64,000 nucleotides of DNA from an uncultured Clostridia bacterium (lineage in GTDB: Bacteria; Bacillota; Clostridia; Christensenellales; UBA1242): positions 20,822 through 84,821 of the forward strand of contig CANRHL010000001.1 in NCBI GenBank assembly GCA_947630405.1. Direction: 5' to 3'. A model generated the notes under the pieces. It saw only the letters and a list, made by a program, of their open reading frames with translations. It ran no database searches and had not been told where the DNA came from. The position numbers and the translations under genes were made by a program. Position 1 is the stretch's first letter, and every line of letters begins with the position of its first letter. Shown one piece after another: positions 32,427 to 42,506 of this stretch.

Positions 32427-32494
32427 GGGGAAATATCAAACCCCTGCTCACAAGTTCCGTAGACCAACGCTCTATCCAGCTGAGCTATGAACGC
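32427..32494 (-). pseudogene. 5' two-thirds of a second tRNA-Arg(ACG)-like gene lacking a 3' acceptor strand
   Basis: GCGTTCA TA GCTCAGCTGGATAGAGC ... CTACGGA ... AGGGG-10 nt loop-CCCCT, then TAAAAAA where TGAACGC would be needed. Confidence 0.45.
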
Positions 32495-32607
32495 GCGTCA
32501 TAAATTTGTTCTTTTCTTATTTGCGATTGTATTGTAGCACAATTTGTTTGGTTTGTAAAGTTATTTTAAAAAAATTTTGAGATAAACTCAAAATTTCTTT
32601 TTTATTG

Positions 32608-33153
32608 CTATTCAAATTTTTTGCCGCAGTTAGAGCAAAATTTTGCGCTTTTTGGATTTTTTGTTCCGCATTCTTGGCAATATTTAACATTGTTATTTTG
32701 ATTTGCTCCAGTAGCAGATTTTGCTTTAACAACGCCTTCTGCAACGCCGCTGCTTACCGCACCAACAACTTTTTCTATTGCTGGGGAAGTTTCGTCTGCC
32801 AAATAGTTTATTGTTTCTCCGGCAACAGGGGCAACCGTGCTTGCTCCAAATGCCAAAATTTCACGCTGATGAGCAACCACAAGCATTGATATAGCGATAA
32901 CTCCCGGAATTAATGCTACACCAATTAAAGCCGCACCGCTAAATATGGCCTGATTTCTGTCAGACTCGGCTTCAAACCAACCATCTTGCAACATATCCGG
33001 AACGGGTTTATTAACACCATTAACGATAACAATAATGCCTGCAATAATAAGAGTGAGTGCGATTAACCCGGCAATTAACGCTGCCTTTTTAAAAAACTTT
33101 TTGCCTTTTTGATGAGTTTGTTCGTTAACATATTTTCCGTTCATTTCTGCCAT
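32608..33153 (-). CDS. membrane protein with C-terminal zinc-ribbon
   Basis: Two TM helices; C-terminal YCQECGTKNPKSAKFCSNCG. Confidence 0.6.
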   Translation of the reverse strand: MAEMNGKYVNEQTHQKGKKFFKKAALIAGLIALTLIIAGIIVIVNGVNKPVPDMLQDGWFEAESDRNQAIFSGAALIGVALIPGVIAISMLVVAHQREILAFGASTVAPVAGETINYLADETSPAIEKVVGAVSSGVAEGVVKAKSATGANQNNNVKYCQECGTKNPKSAKFCSNCGKKFE

Positions 33154-33294
33154 AAAATTCTCCTTTATGTTCTTAATTTAACACAAATGTTTTAATTTGT
33201 AAAGACATTTTTTAAACTTTTTAAAAAAGTTAATAAATCCGTTTGACTAAAACAAAAGTAAGTGATAAAATTTTGTTTATTCAAAGGAGAAATT

Positions 33295-34314
33295 ATGAAT
33301 TGGAATAACATTTGGAATAGCATAACAACCTTCTTCCACGATCGCGTTTGGAATATTGTAATTTTCTTTGCAATATTGGTTGTTGGCATAATTGTAATTA
33401 AAATTGTAATGGCGGCGCTTAAGAAAATTTTAAGCAAAACCAAAATGGAAAAAATTGCGCAACAATTCCTATGCACAATAGTAAAATTCGTGTTGTGGTT
33501 AGTGTTGGTGCTAATTTTGTTGAACCGCATTGGCGTGGATATCACCGGGCTATTAACGGCCTTTAGTGCGGTTATACTTGCCGTTGGTATGGCACTTCAA
33601 AATGCAATTGCAAACGTGGCAAACGGAATAATCATCATTTCAAGCCACATGTTCAAGAAAGGCGACTATATTGTTGTTGGCGGCGTTGAAGGCAACATAA
33701 CCGACATAAATTTTATGTTCACCACGCTAATAACTGTAGATAACAAGCGCATAACCCTACCTAACTCAAGCATCATCAATAGTAATGTAACAAATTTGGG
33801 CGCATATCCAAAGCGCAGGGTAGATTTCACTTTTTCAGTTGCCTACGAAAGTGATGTTGACCTTGTTAAGAAAATTGTAACCGATGTAATGGCAAGTGAT
33901 GGCAGAATTTATTTGGACCCAGCACCATTTTGCCGCCTAAAAACTTTGGGTGCAAGCAGCATAGATTTCTTTTCAAATTGCTGGTGCGATAATTCTGATT
34001 ATTGGGACGTTTACTATTATGTTATGGAGAACGTTTATAACGAGTTCAAGCGCAACAACATTTCCGTGCCTTATAACCAAGTTGAAATGCGTGAAAGGAA
34101 GGATGTTGTTAAAATGCCTGTTAGTGGCAAAGGCCTACCAAAGCGCGTTGAAAAGGTGAGAGAAGAGCACGAGCACACTTTAAAAGAGGCAATTGTAAAC
34201 ACCTTTAACAAGGTTGGCAAAGAAAAGAAGAATAAAGAAAAAATAAAAAAAGAAAAGGCAAGTACAGAAAAAACAAATAAGGAAAATTCTAAAAAGGAAA
34301 AGAATAAAAAATAA
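33295..34314 (+). CDS. mscS: small-conductance mechanosensitive channel (MscS family) with Lys/Glu-rich tail
   Basis: GDYIVVGGVEGNITDINFMFTTLITVDNKRITLPNSSI; AAAGGAG RBS then ATG at 33295. Confidence 0.85.
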   Translation: MNWNNIWNSITTFFHDRVWNIVIFFAILVVGIIVIKIVMAALKKILSKTKMEKIAQQFLCTIVKFVLWLVLVLILLNRIGVDITGLLTAFSAVILAVGMALQNAIANVANGIIIISSHMFKKGDYIVVGGVEGNITDINFMFTTLITVDNKRITLPNSSIINSNVTNLGAYPKRRVDFTFSVAYESDVDLVKKIVTDVMASDGRIYLDPAPFCRLKTLGASSIDFFSNCWCDNSDYWDVYYYVMENVYNEFKRNNISVPYNQVEMRERKDVVKMPVSGKGLPKRVEKVREEHEHTLKEAIVNTFNKVGKEKKNKEKIKKEKASTEKTNKENSKKEKNKK

Positions 34315-34431
34315 GATTAAAGGTTGCAACACGTGTTGCAATTTTTGTTTTTAGCGAGCATTTTATTGACTATATTCCAACAATTTTCTATAATAGTAAC
34401 GTTTAAATTAAAAAATAAATAAAAGGGTATT

Positions 34432-37062
34432 ATGAAAAGTTTTTACAATCAAAAGACAGATGAAGTTTTTAAAGATTTATCCACCAACGAAAACGGCCTA
34501 ACTCAAGCCGATGCGGCAGAGAGGCTAACAAAATATGGCGAAAACAAGTTGAAGGAAGGCAAAAAGAAATCCGTTATTGCGCGCTTTTTTGCACAGTTTA
34601 AAGATGTTATGATAATTCTTTTGCTCGTTTCGGCAGTCATCTCGCTTGTGTTTTCGTTCATTGGCGATGGCAAAAGCGAACTTATTGATGCAATCATCAT
34701 TTTTGTAATTGTCATTTTAAATGCCACACTTGGCGTGGTGCAAGAGATGAAGGCGGAAAACGCGATGGACAGTTTAAAAAAGATGAGCCAACCATATTCT
34801 AAAGTGGTGCGCGATGGCAAACAAATTTTTGTTAAAACATCTGAACTTGTGCCGGGCGATATTGTGCTACTTGAGGCGGGCGATGTTGTGCCAGCCGATT
34901 TGCGCCTTGTTGAGTGTTCAAGTTTAAAGTGTGACGAATCTGCCTTAACGGGGGAAAGCAACGCCGTGCTTAAAGATGCAACTTTGGTGTTGCCAGAAAA
35001 AACTGCGCTAGGCGATAGGAAAAACATGTGCTTTTCTTCAAGCGTGGTGGTTTATGGCAGGGGAACAGGCGTGGTTATTGCCACCGGGCAGACGGCAGAA
35101 ATTGGCAAGATTGCCAGCATGCTTAACGAGGAGGAAAAGGAAACCACAACTCTTGAGCGCAGCCTTAATAAACTTGGCAAAATTCTAACCATAATTGTGC
35201 TTGCCATTGCCGTTGTGATTTTCTTTGTAGATATATTTGTAACCAAACTTAAATGGACCGAATCTCTAATGACGGCGGTTGCCATTGCCGTTGCCGCCAT
35301 ACCGGAAAGTTTGATGGTGGTGGTAACAATAATTCTTTCAATTGGCGTAACCAAACTTGCCAAGAAAAATGTTATAATCCGCAAACTTCACGCGGTGGAA
35401 ACGCTTGGTTGTTGCGAAATAATTTGTTCAGATAAAACCGGCACAATCACTCAAAACAAAATGACAGTTCGCGAGGTGTTTGCCGACAATAAAACGCTGG
35501 ATATAACCGCAAAAAATGATAGCCTTGCTTACAATCATTTGGTAAACAACATGGTGCTTTGTAACGATACTAAGGTGCAAGATAATGCGCTACTTGGCGA
35601 CCCAACCGAAACCGCACTTGTTTACTATGCACAAAATATTGGCATACAAAAACCAAACTTAGATAAAGCCATGAAGCGCGTTAACGAAATTCCGTTTGAT
35701 AGCGAACGCAAACTGATGAGCACGTTAAATAAATTTAATTCTAATTTAATTCAGCACACAAAAGGTGCAATTGATGAGTTGCTTGAAAGGTGCAAATACA
35801 TAATTGTTGACGATAAAAAACGCAAACTCACGGCTGACGATATTGAAACAATAACCGCCGCCAACGAAAAGTTCTGCGCTAAGGCATTAAGGGTTTTGGG
35901 CTTTGCTATTAAGGAATGTAAAACTGAAGCGGACTTTTCGGAAAAGGACCTTACCTTTGTTGGCCTGGTTGGCATGATTGACCCACCAAGAGAAGAAGTT
36001 TACGAGGCACTTAAAAAGTGCGAAAGAGCGGGCATGCGCGCCATTATGATTACGGGCGACCACAAAAACACCGCTTACGCAATAGCAAAAGAGTTGCATA
36101 TTGTGGAGAGCATGAAAGAGGTAACCGATGGTTCATATCTCGACAATTTCACAGACGAGCAACTTAAAACTGAAATTTGGAAGTTTAGAGTTTTCACCCG
36201 CGTTAGCCCAGAACACAAAGTGCGCATAGTTAAGGCGTTTAGGGCAAACGGCAAAGTGGTTGCCATGACGGGCGATGGCGTGAACGATGCGCCAAGCATA
36301 AAGTCGGCAAACATAGGCATTGGCATGGGCAAAACGGGCACCGAAGTCACAAAAGAGGTGGCAGATATGGTGCTAACAGATGACAACTTTGCAACCATTG
36401 TGGTGGCGGTTGAAGAGGGCAGAAAAATTTACACCAACATTCAAAAAACAATTCAATTCTTAATAGGCTGCAACATTGCCGAAGTGCTTGCAATTTTCAT
36501 CTTAACCTTGTTGTTCCCAAATTTAACATTCTTAACTGCGGTGCAAATTCTGTTCATAAATTTAGTAACCGATAGCCTGCCGGCAATTGCGCTTGGTATG
36601 GAAAGAGTGGAACGCGATGTTATGGCGCACAGGCCAAGAAAAGCAAACGAAAACATTATTGGCGGGCGAATTGGCTTTAACATTTTCTATCAAGGCATAA
36701 TTCAGGCAACCGCAGTAATTTGCATTTTCATTTTAGGTAAATACTTGTTTGGCGATGCAGTGGCTGCCACAATGGGCTTTTTAACCTTGAACTTAATTCA
36801 GCTTGTGCAAATGTACATTGTTAGAACAAATCACTCGGTGTTCACAACAAATCCATTTAACAACAAAATGATGAACATTGCTTTGCTTGTTGGCGTTGCG
36901 CTATTGCTTTTAATTTCACTAATTCCGCCTGTTGCAGCAGTTTTCCATTTGGCAAGTTTAACGGTTGGTCAGTGGTTTATTGTGTTAGGTTTCTCGCTAA
37001 TTCCGTTGCCAATTGTGGAGATTGTAAAACTTGTTCAAAACAAAGCAATAAAAGAAAAATAA
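34432..37062 (+). CDS. P-type cation-transporting ATPase, Ca2+-ATPase-like (type IIA)
   Basis: CSDKTGTITQN phosphorylation site, MITGDH, MTGDGVNDAPS, ten-TM layout. Confidence 0.9.
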   Translation: MKSFYNQKTDEVFKDLSTNENGLTQADAAERLTKYGENKLKEGKKKSVIARFFAQFKDVMIILLLVSAVISLVFSFIGDGKSELIDAIIIFVIVILNATLGVVQEMKAENAMDSLKKMSQPYSKVVRDGKQIFVKTSELVPGDIVLLEAGDVVPADLRLVECSSLKCDESALTGESNAVLKDATLVLPEKTALGDRKNMCFSSSVVVYGRGTGVVIATGQTAEIGKIASMLNEEEKETTTLERSLNKLGKILTIIVLAIAVVIFFVDIFVTKLKWTESLMTAVAIAVAAIPESLMVVVTIILSIGVTKLAKKNVIIRKLHAVETLGCCEIICSDKTGTITQNKMTVREVFADNKTLDITAKNDSLAYNHLVNNMVLCNDTKVQDNALLGDPTETALVYYAQNIGIQKPNLDKAMKRVNEIPFDSERKLMSTLNKFNSNLIQHTKGAIDELLERCKYIIVDDKKRKLTADDIETITAANEKFCAKALRVLGFAIKECKTEADFSEKDLTFVGLVGMIDPPREEVYEALKKCERAGMRAIMITGDHKNTAYAIAKELHIVESMKEVTDGSYLDNFTDEQLKTEIWKFRVFTRVSPEHKVRIVKAFRANGKVVAMTGDGVNDAPSIKSANIGIGMGKTGTEVTKEVADMVLTDDNFATIVVAVEEGRKIYTNIQKTIQFLIGCNIAEVLAIFILTLLFPNLTFLTAVQILFINLVTDSLPAIALGMERVERDVMAHRPRKANENIIGGRIGFNIFYQGIIQATAVICIFILGKYLFGDAVAATMGFLTLNLIQLVQMYIVRTNHSVFTTNPFNNKMMNIALLVGVALLLLISLIPPVAAVFHLASLTVGQWFIVLGFSLIPLPIVEIVKLVQNKAIKEK

Positions 37063-37133
37063 AATTAAAAATTTTAACTTACTAAAATTTTTACAATTTA
37101 TAAAATTTTGATAGCAAATAAATTAATTAACTC

Positions 37134-37163
37134 ACAACCAAACGTCATGTTTGGTTGTTTTTT
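37134..37163 (+). terminator. intrinsic terminator of the ATPase gene
   Basis: acaaccaaac-gtcat-gtttggttgt followed by ttttt. Confidence 0.75.
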
Positions 37164-37164
37164 A

Positions 37165-37193
37165 TTGACAAATTTTCTTTAATTGTCTATAAT
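37165..37193 (+). promoter_or_regulatory. consensus promoter of recF, placed for a leaderless transcript
   Basis: TTGACA, 17 nt, TATAAT; the -10 ends 7 nt before the recF ATG and there is no SD. Confidence 0.7.
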
Positions 37194-37200
37194 ATAAAAA

Positions 37201-38280
37201 ATGAAAATAACATCAGTTGAACTTAAAAATTTTAGAAATTATTCGGGGTCTAAAATCGAATTTAGTGATGGTTTAAATTTTATTGTTGGTGCAAACGCGC
37301 AGGGCAAAACTAATTTGCTTGAAAGCATTTATCTAACTAGCGTTGGCAAAAGCCCAAAGCACGTTAAAGATAAACAAATTATAAAATTTAACGAAACTGC
37401 TGGCAAAATAGACCTTAATTTTTTAACCAATTCGGGTAGCAAAAACATAAAAATTTATTTGGATAAACTCAACAAAAAATCCATTAAAGTTAACAACCTT
37501 AATGTGCTTAAATTAACTGAACTTGTTGGCACACTTTCAGTTGTTTATTTTAGCCCAGACGAACTAAAATTAATTAAGGAAGTGCCAGAAGATAGACGCA
37601 CATTTTTAGATATTTCAATTAGCCAATTCGACAAAAATTACCTTTATAATTTGCTAAAATACGACAAAATTTTGCGTCAGCGCAACACTCTACTTAAAAG
37701 TGCAGATAGCATTGTGTCGAAAAAAGAACAACTAAATTTGTTCACTCCACAACTCATTGAAACGGCGGAAAAAATAATTTTAAAACGGCTTGAATTTGTC
37801 GAAAAACTGAAAGCCGAAGCCACAAAAATTCACAGCATTATAACCGAAAATGAAATGCTTAACATTGAATATAGTTATAAAAAAACTGACCTTTCAATTA
37901 AAGAAGATTTACAAAATCAGTTTAATAAAAATTTGGATAAAGAGCTTGAACTTGGCTTTACGCTTATTGGCCCACACAGAGATGATTTGGAGTTTTCAAT
38001 AAATAACACCGATGCCAAACTTTATGCAAGCCAGGGCCAGCAGCGAACTATTGCGCTTGTTGTTAAACTTTCGCTTATGGAGGTTATTAAAAAAGAAATT
38101 GGCGAATATCCGGTGCTGCTATTAGATGACGTTTTAAGTGAACTAGATAATTCAAGGCAAAATAAATTAATAGAGTTTGTAAATAAATTTCAAACTTTAA
38201 TAACCTGCACGCAAATTCCAAACATAAATTTGCCATATAACACAATTAAAATTGAAAACGGTAGTGTAAAAACATGCTAA
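37201..38280 (+). CDS. recF: DNA replication and repair protein RecF
   Basis: MKITSVELKNFRNY...GANAQGKTNLLESIY (Walker A), SQGQQRT signature, LLLDDV. Confidence 0.9.
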   Translation: MKITSVELKNFRNYSGSKIEFSDGLNFIVGANAQGKTNLLESIYLTSVGKSPKHVKDKQIIKFNETAGKIDLNFLTNSGSKNIKIYLDKLNKKSIKVNNLNVLKLTELVGTLSVVYFSPDELKLIKEVPEDRRTFLDISISQFDKNYLYNLLKYDKILRQRNTLLKSADSIVSKKEQLNLFTPQLIETAEKIILKRLEFVEKLKAEATKIHSIITENEMLNIEYSYKKTDLSIKEDLQNQFNKNLDKELELGFTLIGPHRDDLEFSINNTDAKLYASQGQQRTIALVVKLSLMEVIKKEIGEYPVLLLDDVLSELDNSRQNKLIEFVNKFQTLITCTQIPNINLPYNTIKIENGSVKTC

Positions 38281-38330
38281 ATTTAATTTACTAAACATAA
38301 AAATTTTGTATAATAAAAATAGGAGGAATT

Positions 38331-39359
38331 ATGAGTGTTTTATTAACCGGCGGGCTTGGTTACATTGGCTCGCACACCGCAGTTGAACTTTTAAACGCTA
38401 ATGAGGATGTGGTTATTATTGATAACCTTTCAAATAGCGATTTATCTGTTAAAGAAAAAATTAAAAAAATTGTTTCCGCCACCCGCGAGATAAACGAAAT
38501 CAACTTTAAAGTTTATGTTGGAGATGTTAGGGACTATAAATTTTTAAACCAAGTTTTTAGCGAAAATAAAATTGATTCGGTAATTCATTTTGCCGGGCTA
38601 AAAGCGGTTGGTGAATCGGTAGCAAAACCTCTAGCCTATTATGATAACAACCTAATTTCCACCATCAATTTGTTGGAAGTTATGAAAGCGCATGGCGTTA
38701 AGAATTTTGTGTTCAGTTCAAGCGCAACGGTTTATGGCGCGGCAAAATCCATGCCAATTTATGAGGATTTTCCAACTGGGGCAACCAACCCTTATGGCAG
38801 AACAAAATTGTTTATTGAGGAAATTTTAAAGGACGTTTACGCAAGCGATAATTCATTTAACTTTATCATCCTTCGCTATTTCAACCCAATTGGTGCGCAC
38901 GATAGCGGCCTTATTGGTGAAAATCCTAACGGAATTCCTAACAATTTAATGCCTTACATTTCACGCGTGGCAACCGGCAAGTTAGATTGCCTTAGCGTTT
39001 TTGGTAACGACTATAACACCAAGGATGGCACTGGCGTTAGAGATTACATTCACGTGGTGGATTTAGCGTTAGGCCATGTTTGTGCAATTAAAAAATTAAA
39101 GTCTAAATGCGGGCTTAAAATTTACAATTTAGGCACGGGCGTTGGCTATTCAGTGTTGGATATTGTTAATGCCTACAACAAGGTGTGCGGCAACAAGGTT
39201 AAGTATAAAATTGTTGCTCGCCGTCCGGGCGATGTTGACGTTTGCTACGCCAATGCAGATAAAGCCTATAAAGAACTTCATTGGAAGGCAGAGCGCGATT
39301 TAGAAAATATGTGCAAAACCAGTTATAATTTTGAAAAGCAACAAAAAAGTGGCAACTAG
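38331..39359 (+). CDS. galE: UDP-glucose 4-epimerase
   Basis: TGGLGYIGSHT Rossmann motif, YGRTK catalytic motif, length 342 aa. Confidence 0.9.
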   Translation: MSVLLTGGLGYIGSHTAVELLNANEDVVIIDNLSNSDLSVKEKIKKIVSATREINEINFKVYVGDVRDYKFLNQVFSENKIDSVIHFAGLKAVGESVAKPLAYYDNNLISTINLLEVMKAHGVKNFVFSSSATVYGAAKSMPIYEDFPTGATNPYGRTKLFIEEILKDVYASDNSFNFIILRYFNPIGAHDSGLIGENPNGIPNNLMPYISRVATGKLDCLSVFGNDYNTKDGTGVRDYIHVVDLALGHVCAIKKLKSKCGLKIYNLGTGVGYSVLDIVNAYNKVCGNKVKYKIVARRPGDVDVCYANADKAYKELHWKAERDLENMCKTSYNFEKQQKSGN

Positions 39360-39365
39360 CCACTT

Positions 39366-40712
39366 TTAATTTTTTAATAAGCGCGACTTTAAATCGTTCA
39401 CCAACATTTTAACATGGGGGTTGGTTTTTATTTGGTTTGAAATTTTATCCCTTGCATGCATAATTGTGGTGTGGTCCCGCCCGCCAAACATTGTGCCAAT
39501 GGCAGTTAGCGGAACGTTGAGCATATCATTAATTAAATATATACACATTTGCCTTGGCTCAACAATTTCTTTGTTGCGTTTGCTTGAAATTAAATCCTCT
39601 TTTGTAACCTTAAAGAACTCGCAAATTGTGTTAATAATTTTGTTTGCGTCCAAGTCCACGCGCTCAGTTTCGGCGTAATCTTTAAGCGCTTCTTTGGCAT
39701 CTTCAAGCGAAGTGTGAGTTTTGTTAAGCAAACTTGAGTAGAACACCACTTTACTTAAAATGCCTTCCATATCACGCACGTTTGTGCCAGATTTTTGAGC
39801 AATTAAATCGATAACATCATCGTCAACCAAATAACCTTCTTGGCTGCATTTTTTCTTTAAAATGGCAACTTTGGTTTCGTAATCTGGCTCTTGAATATCT
39901 TGAATTAGTCCACTAGAAAATCTGCTCCTAAGCCTTTCTTCAAGTGCGCTCATCTCGTTAGGCGAGCGGTCAGACGCAATGATGATTTGCTTGTTGTTTT
40001 GGTATAAATCGTTAAAAGTGTGGAAGAACTCCTCCTGCGTGCCCATCTTCTTTGAAATGAACTGGATATCGTCCACCATCAACACGTCAACATTTCTATA
40101 TTTTTCTCTAAAATCGTTGCTCGATTTTTTACTGTTTCGTATGCTTTCAACATAATCGTTTGTAAATTTTTCGCAAGTGACATATAACACATTAAGGTCT
40201 TTATTATGTTCCTCTAAATAGTTGCCCACGGCGTGAAGTAAGTGTGTTTTGCCAAGCCCAACTCCGCCATAAATGAATAGTGGATTAAATTTTTCTCCCG
40301 GGTGCTCTGCCACGTTTTGCATTGCTGCACAAACAACTTGGTTGGATTTGCCCACAACAAAATTTTCAAACGTATATTTTTTGTTAAACTTGCTTTTGGT
40401 TGGTGTTTCCTTAGTTTCAACTTCTTCCGCTTGTTCGTTGGTTTGCCTTAGGCTTTCTTCATACTCGTGTGCCTCAACAATGCTAACAAAGGTGTAAGGT
40501 GTGAACTCAGAGCGCACACATTTTGTAATTTTTTCAAAAATTCCGGGCTGATTTACTTGCGTTTTTGCCGTGATGCTTGGCGCTAACAAAATGAGCTCAT
40601 CGTTTTGATACCTTGCTGGGGTTAGCGTGTTTATCCACAAATCATAAGTTACTGCGGTAACTTCATTTTCTAGTTTTTTTAAAACTTCCTTCCACTGTTC
40701 TTGCAACAACAT
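39366..40712 (-). CDS. dnaA: chromosomal replication initiator DnaA
   Basis: GGVGLGKTHLLHA, MVDDIQF, C-terminal DNA-binding domain GGRDHTTIMHA. Confidence 0.97.
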   Translation of the reverse strand: MLLQEQWKEVLKKLENEVTAVTYDLWINTLTPARYQNDELILLAPSITAKTQVNQPGIFEKITKCVRSEFTPYTFVSIVEAHEYEESLRQTNEQAEEVETKETPTKSKFNKKYTFENFVVGKSNQVVCAAMQNVAEHPGEKFNPLFIYGGVGLGKTHLLHAVGNYLEEHNKDLNVLYVTCEKFTNDYVESIRNSKKSSNDFREKYRNVDVLMVDDIQFISKKMGTQEEFFHTFNDLYQNNKQIIIASDRSPNEMSALEERLRSRFSSGLIQDIQEPDYETKVAILKKKCSQEGYLVDDDVIDLIAQKSGTNVRDMEGILSKVVFYSSLLNKTHTSLEDAKEALKDYAETERVDLDANKIINTICEFFKVTKEDLISSKRNKEIVEPRQMCIYLINDMLNVPLTAIGTMFGGRDHTTIMHARDKISNQIKTNPHVKMLVNDLKSRLLKN

Positions 40713-41170
40713 AGCATTCTCCTAATGTTTATTATAGTAAAAAATTTTTAATTGTCAAACTAATCTACAATTTTTTTATAATAATCTCGCCCGTTTTAAT
40801 TTTAATAATGCCGGCGGTCATAAAAAAAGTTATGCACCCATATTTTTTAGTTAACAACAGTTTTAACGGATTTATTAACATCTTAATCACAACTAATGTG
40901 CATAAGTTTTGTTGTGAATATGCCAATTTTTGCCAATATATAGTGCTATTTTGGCGGGGTAAAAAAGTTATCCACTTTTCCACACTCTTTAATAAAAAAA
41001 TCATTATCAAAAAAATAAAAAATAAATTAATAAATAAATTCGCGCGAAAATCGATGAAAATACTATTTTATAGTATTTTTGGCCTATTTTTTGAAAATTA
41101 TAAATATAAAATATTTATAGCATAAAAAGTTGAAAAAAATTTTGCAAATTTTTACAAAATATTTTAATTT
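40713..41170. other. probable oriC: DnaA-box cluster plus AT-rich unwinding region between divergent dnaA and dnaN
   Basis: TTATGCACC (40830-40838), tgtgcataa (40897-40905, reverse TTATGCACA), tgtgaatat (40913-40921), TTATCCACT (40968-40976), TTTTCCACA (40976-40984), then a very AT-rich 40990-41160. Confidence 0.6.
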
Positions 41171-41173
41171 TGT

Positions 41174-41202
41174 TTGACATATACGGGCGCTTTTGCTAAT
41201 AT
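41174..41202 (+). promoter_or_regulatory. dnaN promoter
   Basis: TTGACA, 17 nt, TAATAT. Confidence 0.6.
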
Positions 41203-41245
41203 GTTGTTGTATCATAGATACGTTAGGGGTTTAAAAGGACAAACG

Positions 41246-42343
41246 ATGAAATTTAAATGCGATGGATTGGAAATTAGCGAGGCAATTGCAGTTGTTAGCA
41301 AGGCTATCAGTGGCAAAACCACTTCTCAAATTTTGGAAGGCATAAAAATGGTGTGTGGGGACGATAAAATTGTTTTAACCGCCACAGACCTTGAAATGAC
41401 AGTGGAAAAAACCATTAGGGCAGAAGTTGAAAGTGCTGGTGAAACAGTTGTTCCAGGCAGATTGTTCGGCGAGTATATTAAAAAACTAACCGGCGAACAA
41501 ATCGAGTGTGAACTTAACGAAAAAAACCAACTAAAAATTTCCTATACCGATAGCGAAGGCACAATACAATGCATGGAAGTTAGTGAATTTCCTACAATCA
41601 AAGAAGTTGAAAAAACCGATTATTTTGAAATTTCAAAAGAGAATTTTAAATCACTAATTAACAATGTATTTTATGCAGTTGCGCAGGACGATAGCCGCCC
41701 AATTTTAAAAGGAATTTTACTTGAAACCGCCAAAAACGAAATTAAGGCAGTTGCAGTTGATGGTTGCAGATTAAGCATATCTAACAAGCCATTAGTTATG
41801 TCAACAAGCGACTTTAAAATTATTGTTCCGGGCAGAAACCTTAACGAAATTGTTAAAGTGCTTGATAACGAAGGCAACATTAAAGTTTACATTCACTCTA
41901 ACAACATTATGGTGGATTTAGGCGACACAATAATTATAAACAGGCTTATCGATGGCCAGTTTATTAACTACCGCCAAATTTTGCCAAAAGATTTTGCAAC
42001 AATAGTTACCATTAATCGTGAGCAACTTGAGGACGCAATTGATAGGGCAAGCGTGCTTTCTAAAATAGACAAAAACAACCTTGTTAAATTCGATATTAAG
42101 GAAAAGAATTTAATGCTCACTTCAAACAGTGAACTTGGCAACACGCGTGAAAACATCACGGTTGGGGTTAAGGGTAGCGATTTAAACATTTCGTTCAATA
42201 GTAAATATTTTAGCGATTGTTTGCGCGTTATTGATAACCCTTATGTTAAAATGAATTTCAATAGCCAAATTCAACCATGCGTTATAACACCAAGCGAAGG
42301 GGACGAATTTATTTTCTTAATTTTACCTGTTAAATCAAGATAA
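41246..42343 (+). CDS. dnaN: DNA polymerase III beta sliding clamp
   Basis: MKFKCDGLEISEAIAVVSKA... three-domain length (365 aa). ATG at 41246 is preceded by AAAGGA; the track start at 41174 is the -35 hexamer. Confidence 0.95.
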   Translation: MKFKCDGLEISEAIAVVSKAISGKTTSQILEGIKMVCGDDKIVLTATDLEMTVEKTIRAEVESAGETVVPGRLFGEYIKKLTGEQIECELNEKNQLKISYTDSEGTIQCMEVSEFPTIKEVEKTDYFEISKENFKSLINNVFYAVAQDDSRPILKGILLETAKNEIKAVAVDGCRLSISNKPLVMSTSDFKIIVPGRNLNEIVKVLDNEGNIKVYIHSNNIMVDLGDTIIINRLIDGQFINYRQILPKDFATIVTINREQLEDAIDRASVLSKIDKNNLVKFDIKEKNLMLTSNSELGNTRENITVGVKGSDLNISFNSKYFSDCLRVIDNPYVKMNFNSQIQPCVITPSEGDEFIFLILPVKSR

Positions 42344-42428
42344 AAAAATTGAATATGGCGCAAATAAAATTTAGATAAACTAATTGATTTCTAAACTAAA
42401 TTTTAGTTAAATACAATAAAAAATAAAA

Positions 42429-42454
42429 AGCGGAATTTTACGTTCCGTTTTTTA
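42429..42454 (+). terminator. dnaN terminator
   Basis: cggaa-ttttacg-ttccg followed by tttttt. Confidence 0.6.
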
Positions 42455-42506
42455 ATTGTTTTTATTGTGCTTAATTTTTATCAATAAAAAAAGCGGGGTT
42501 AACCGC

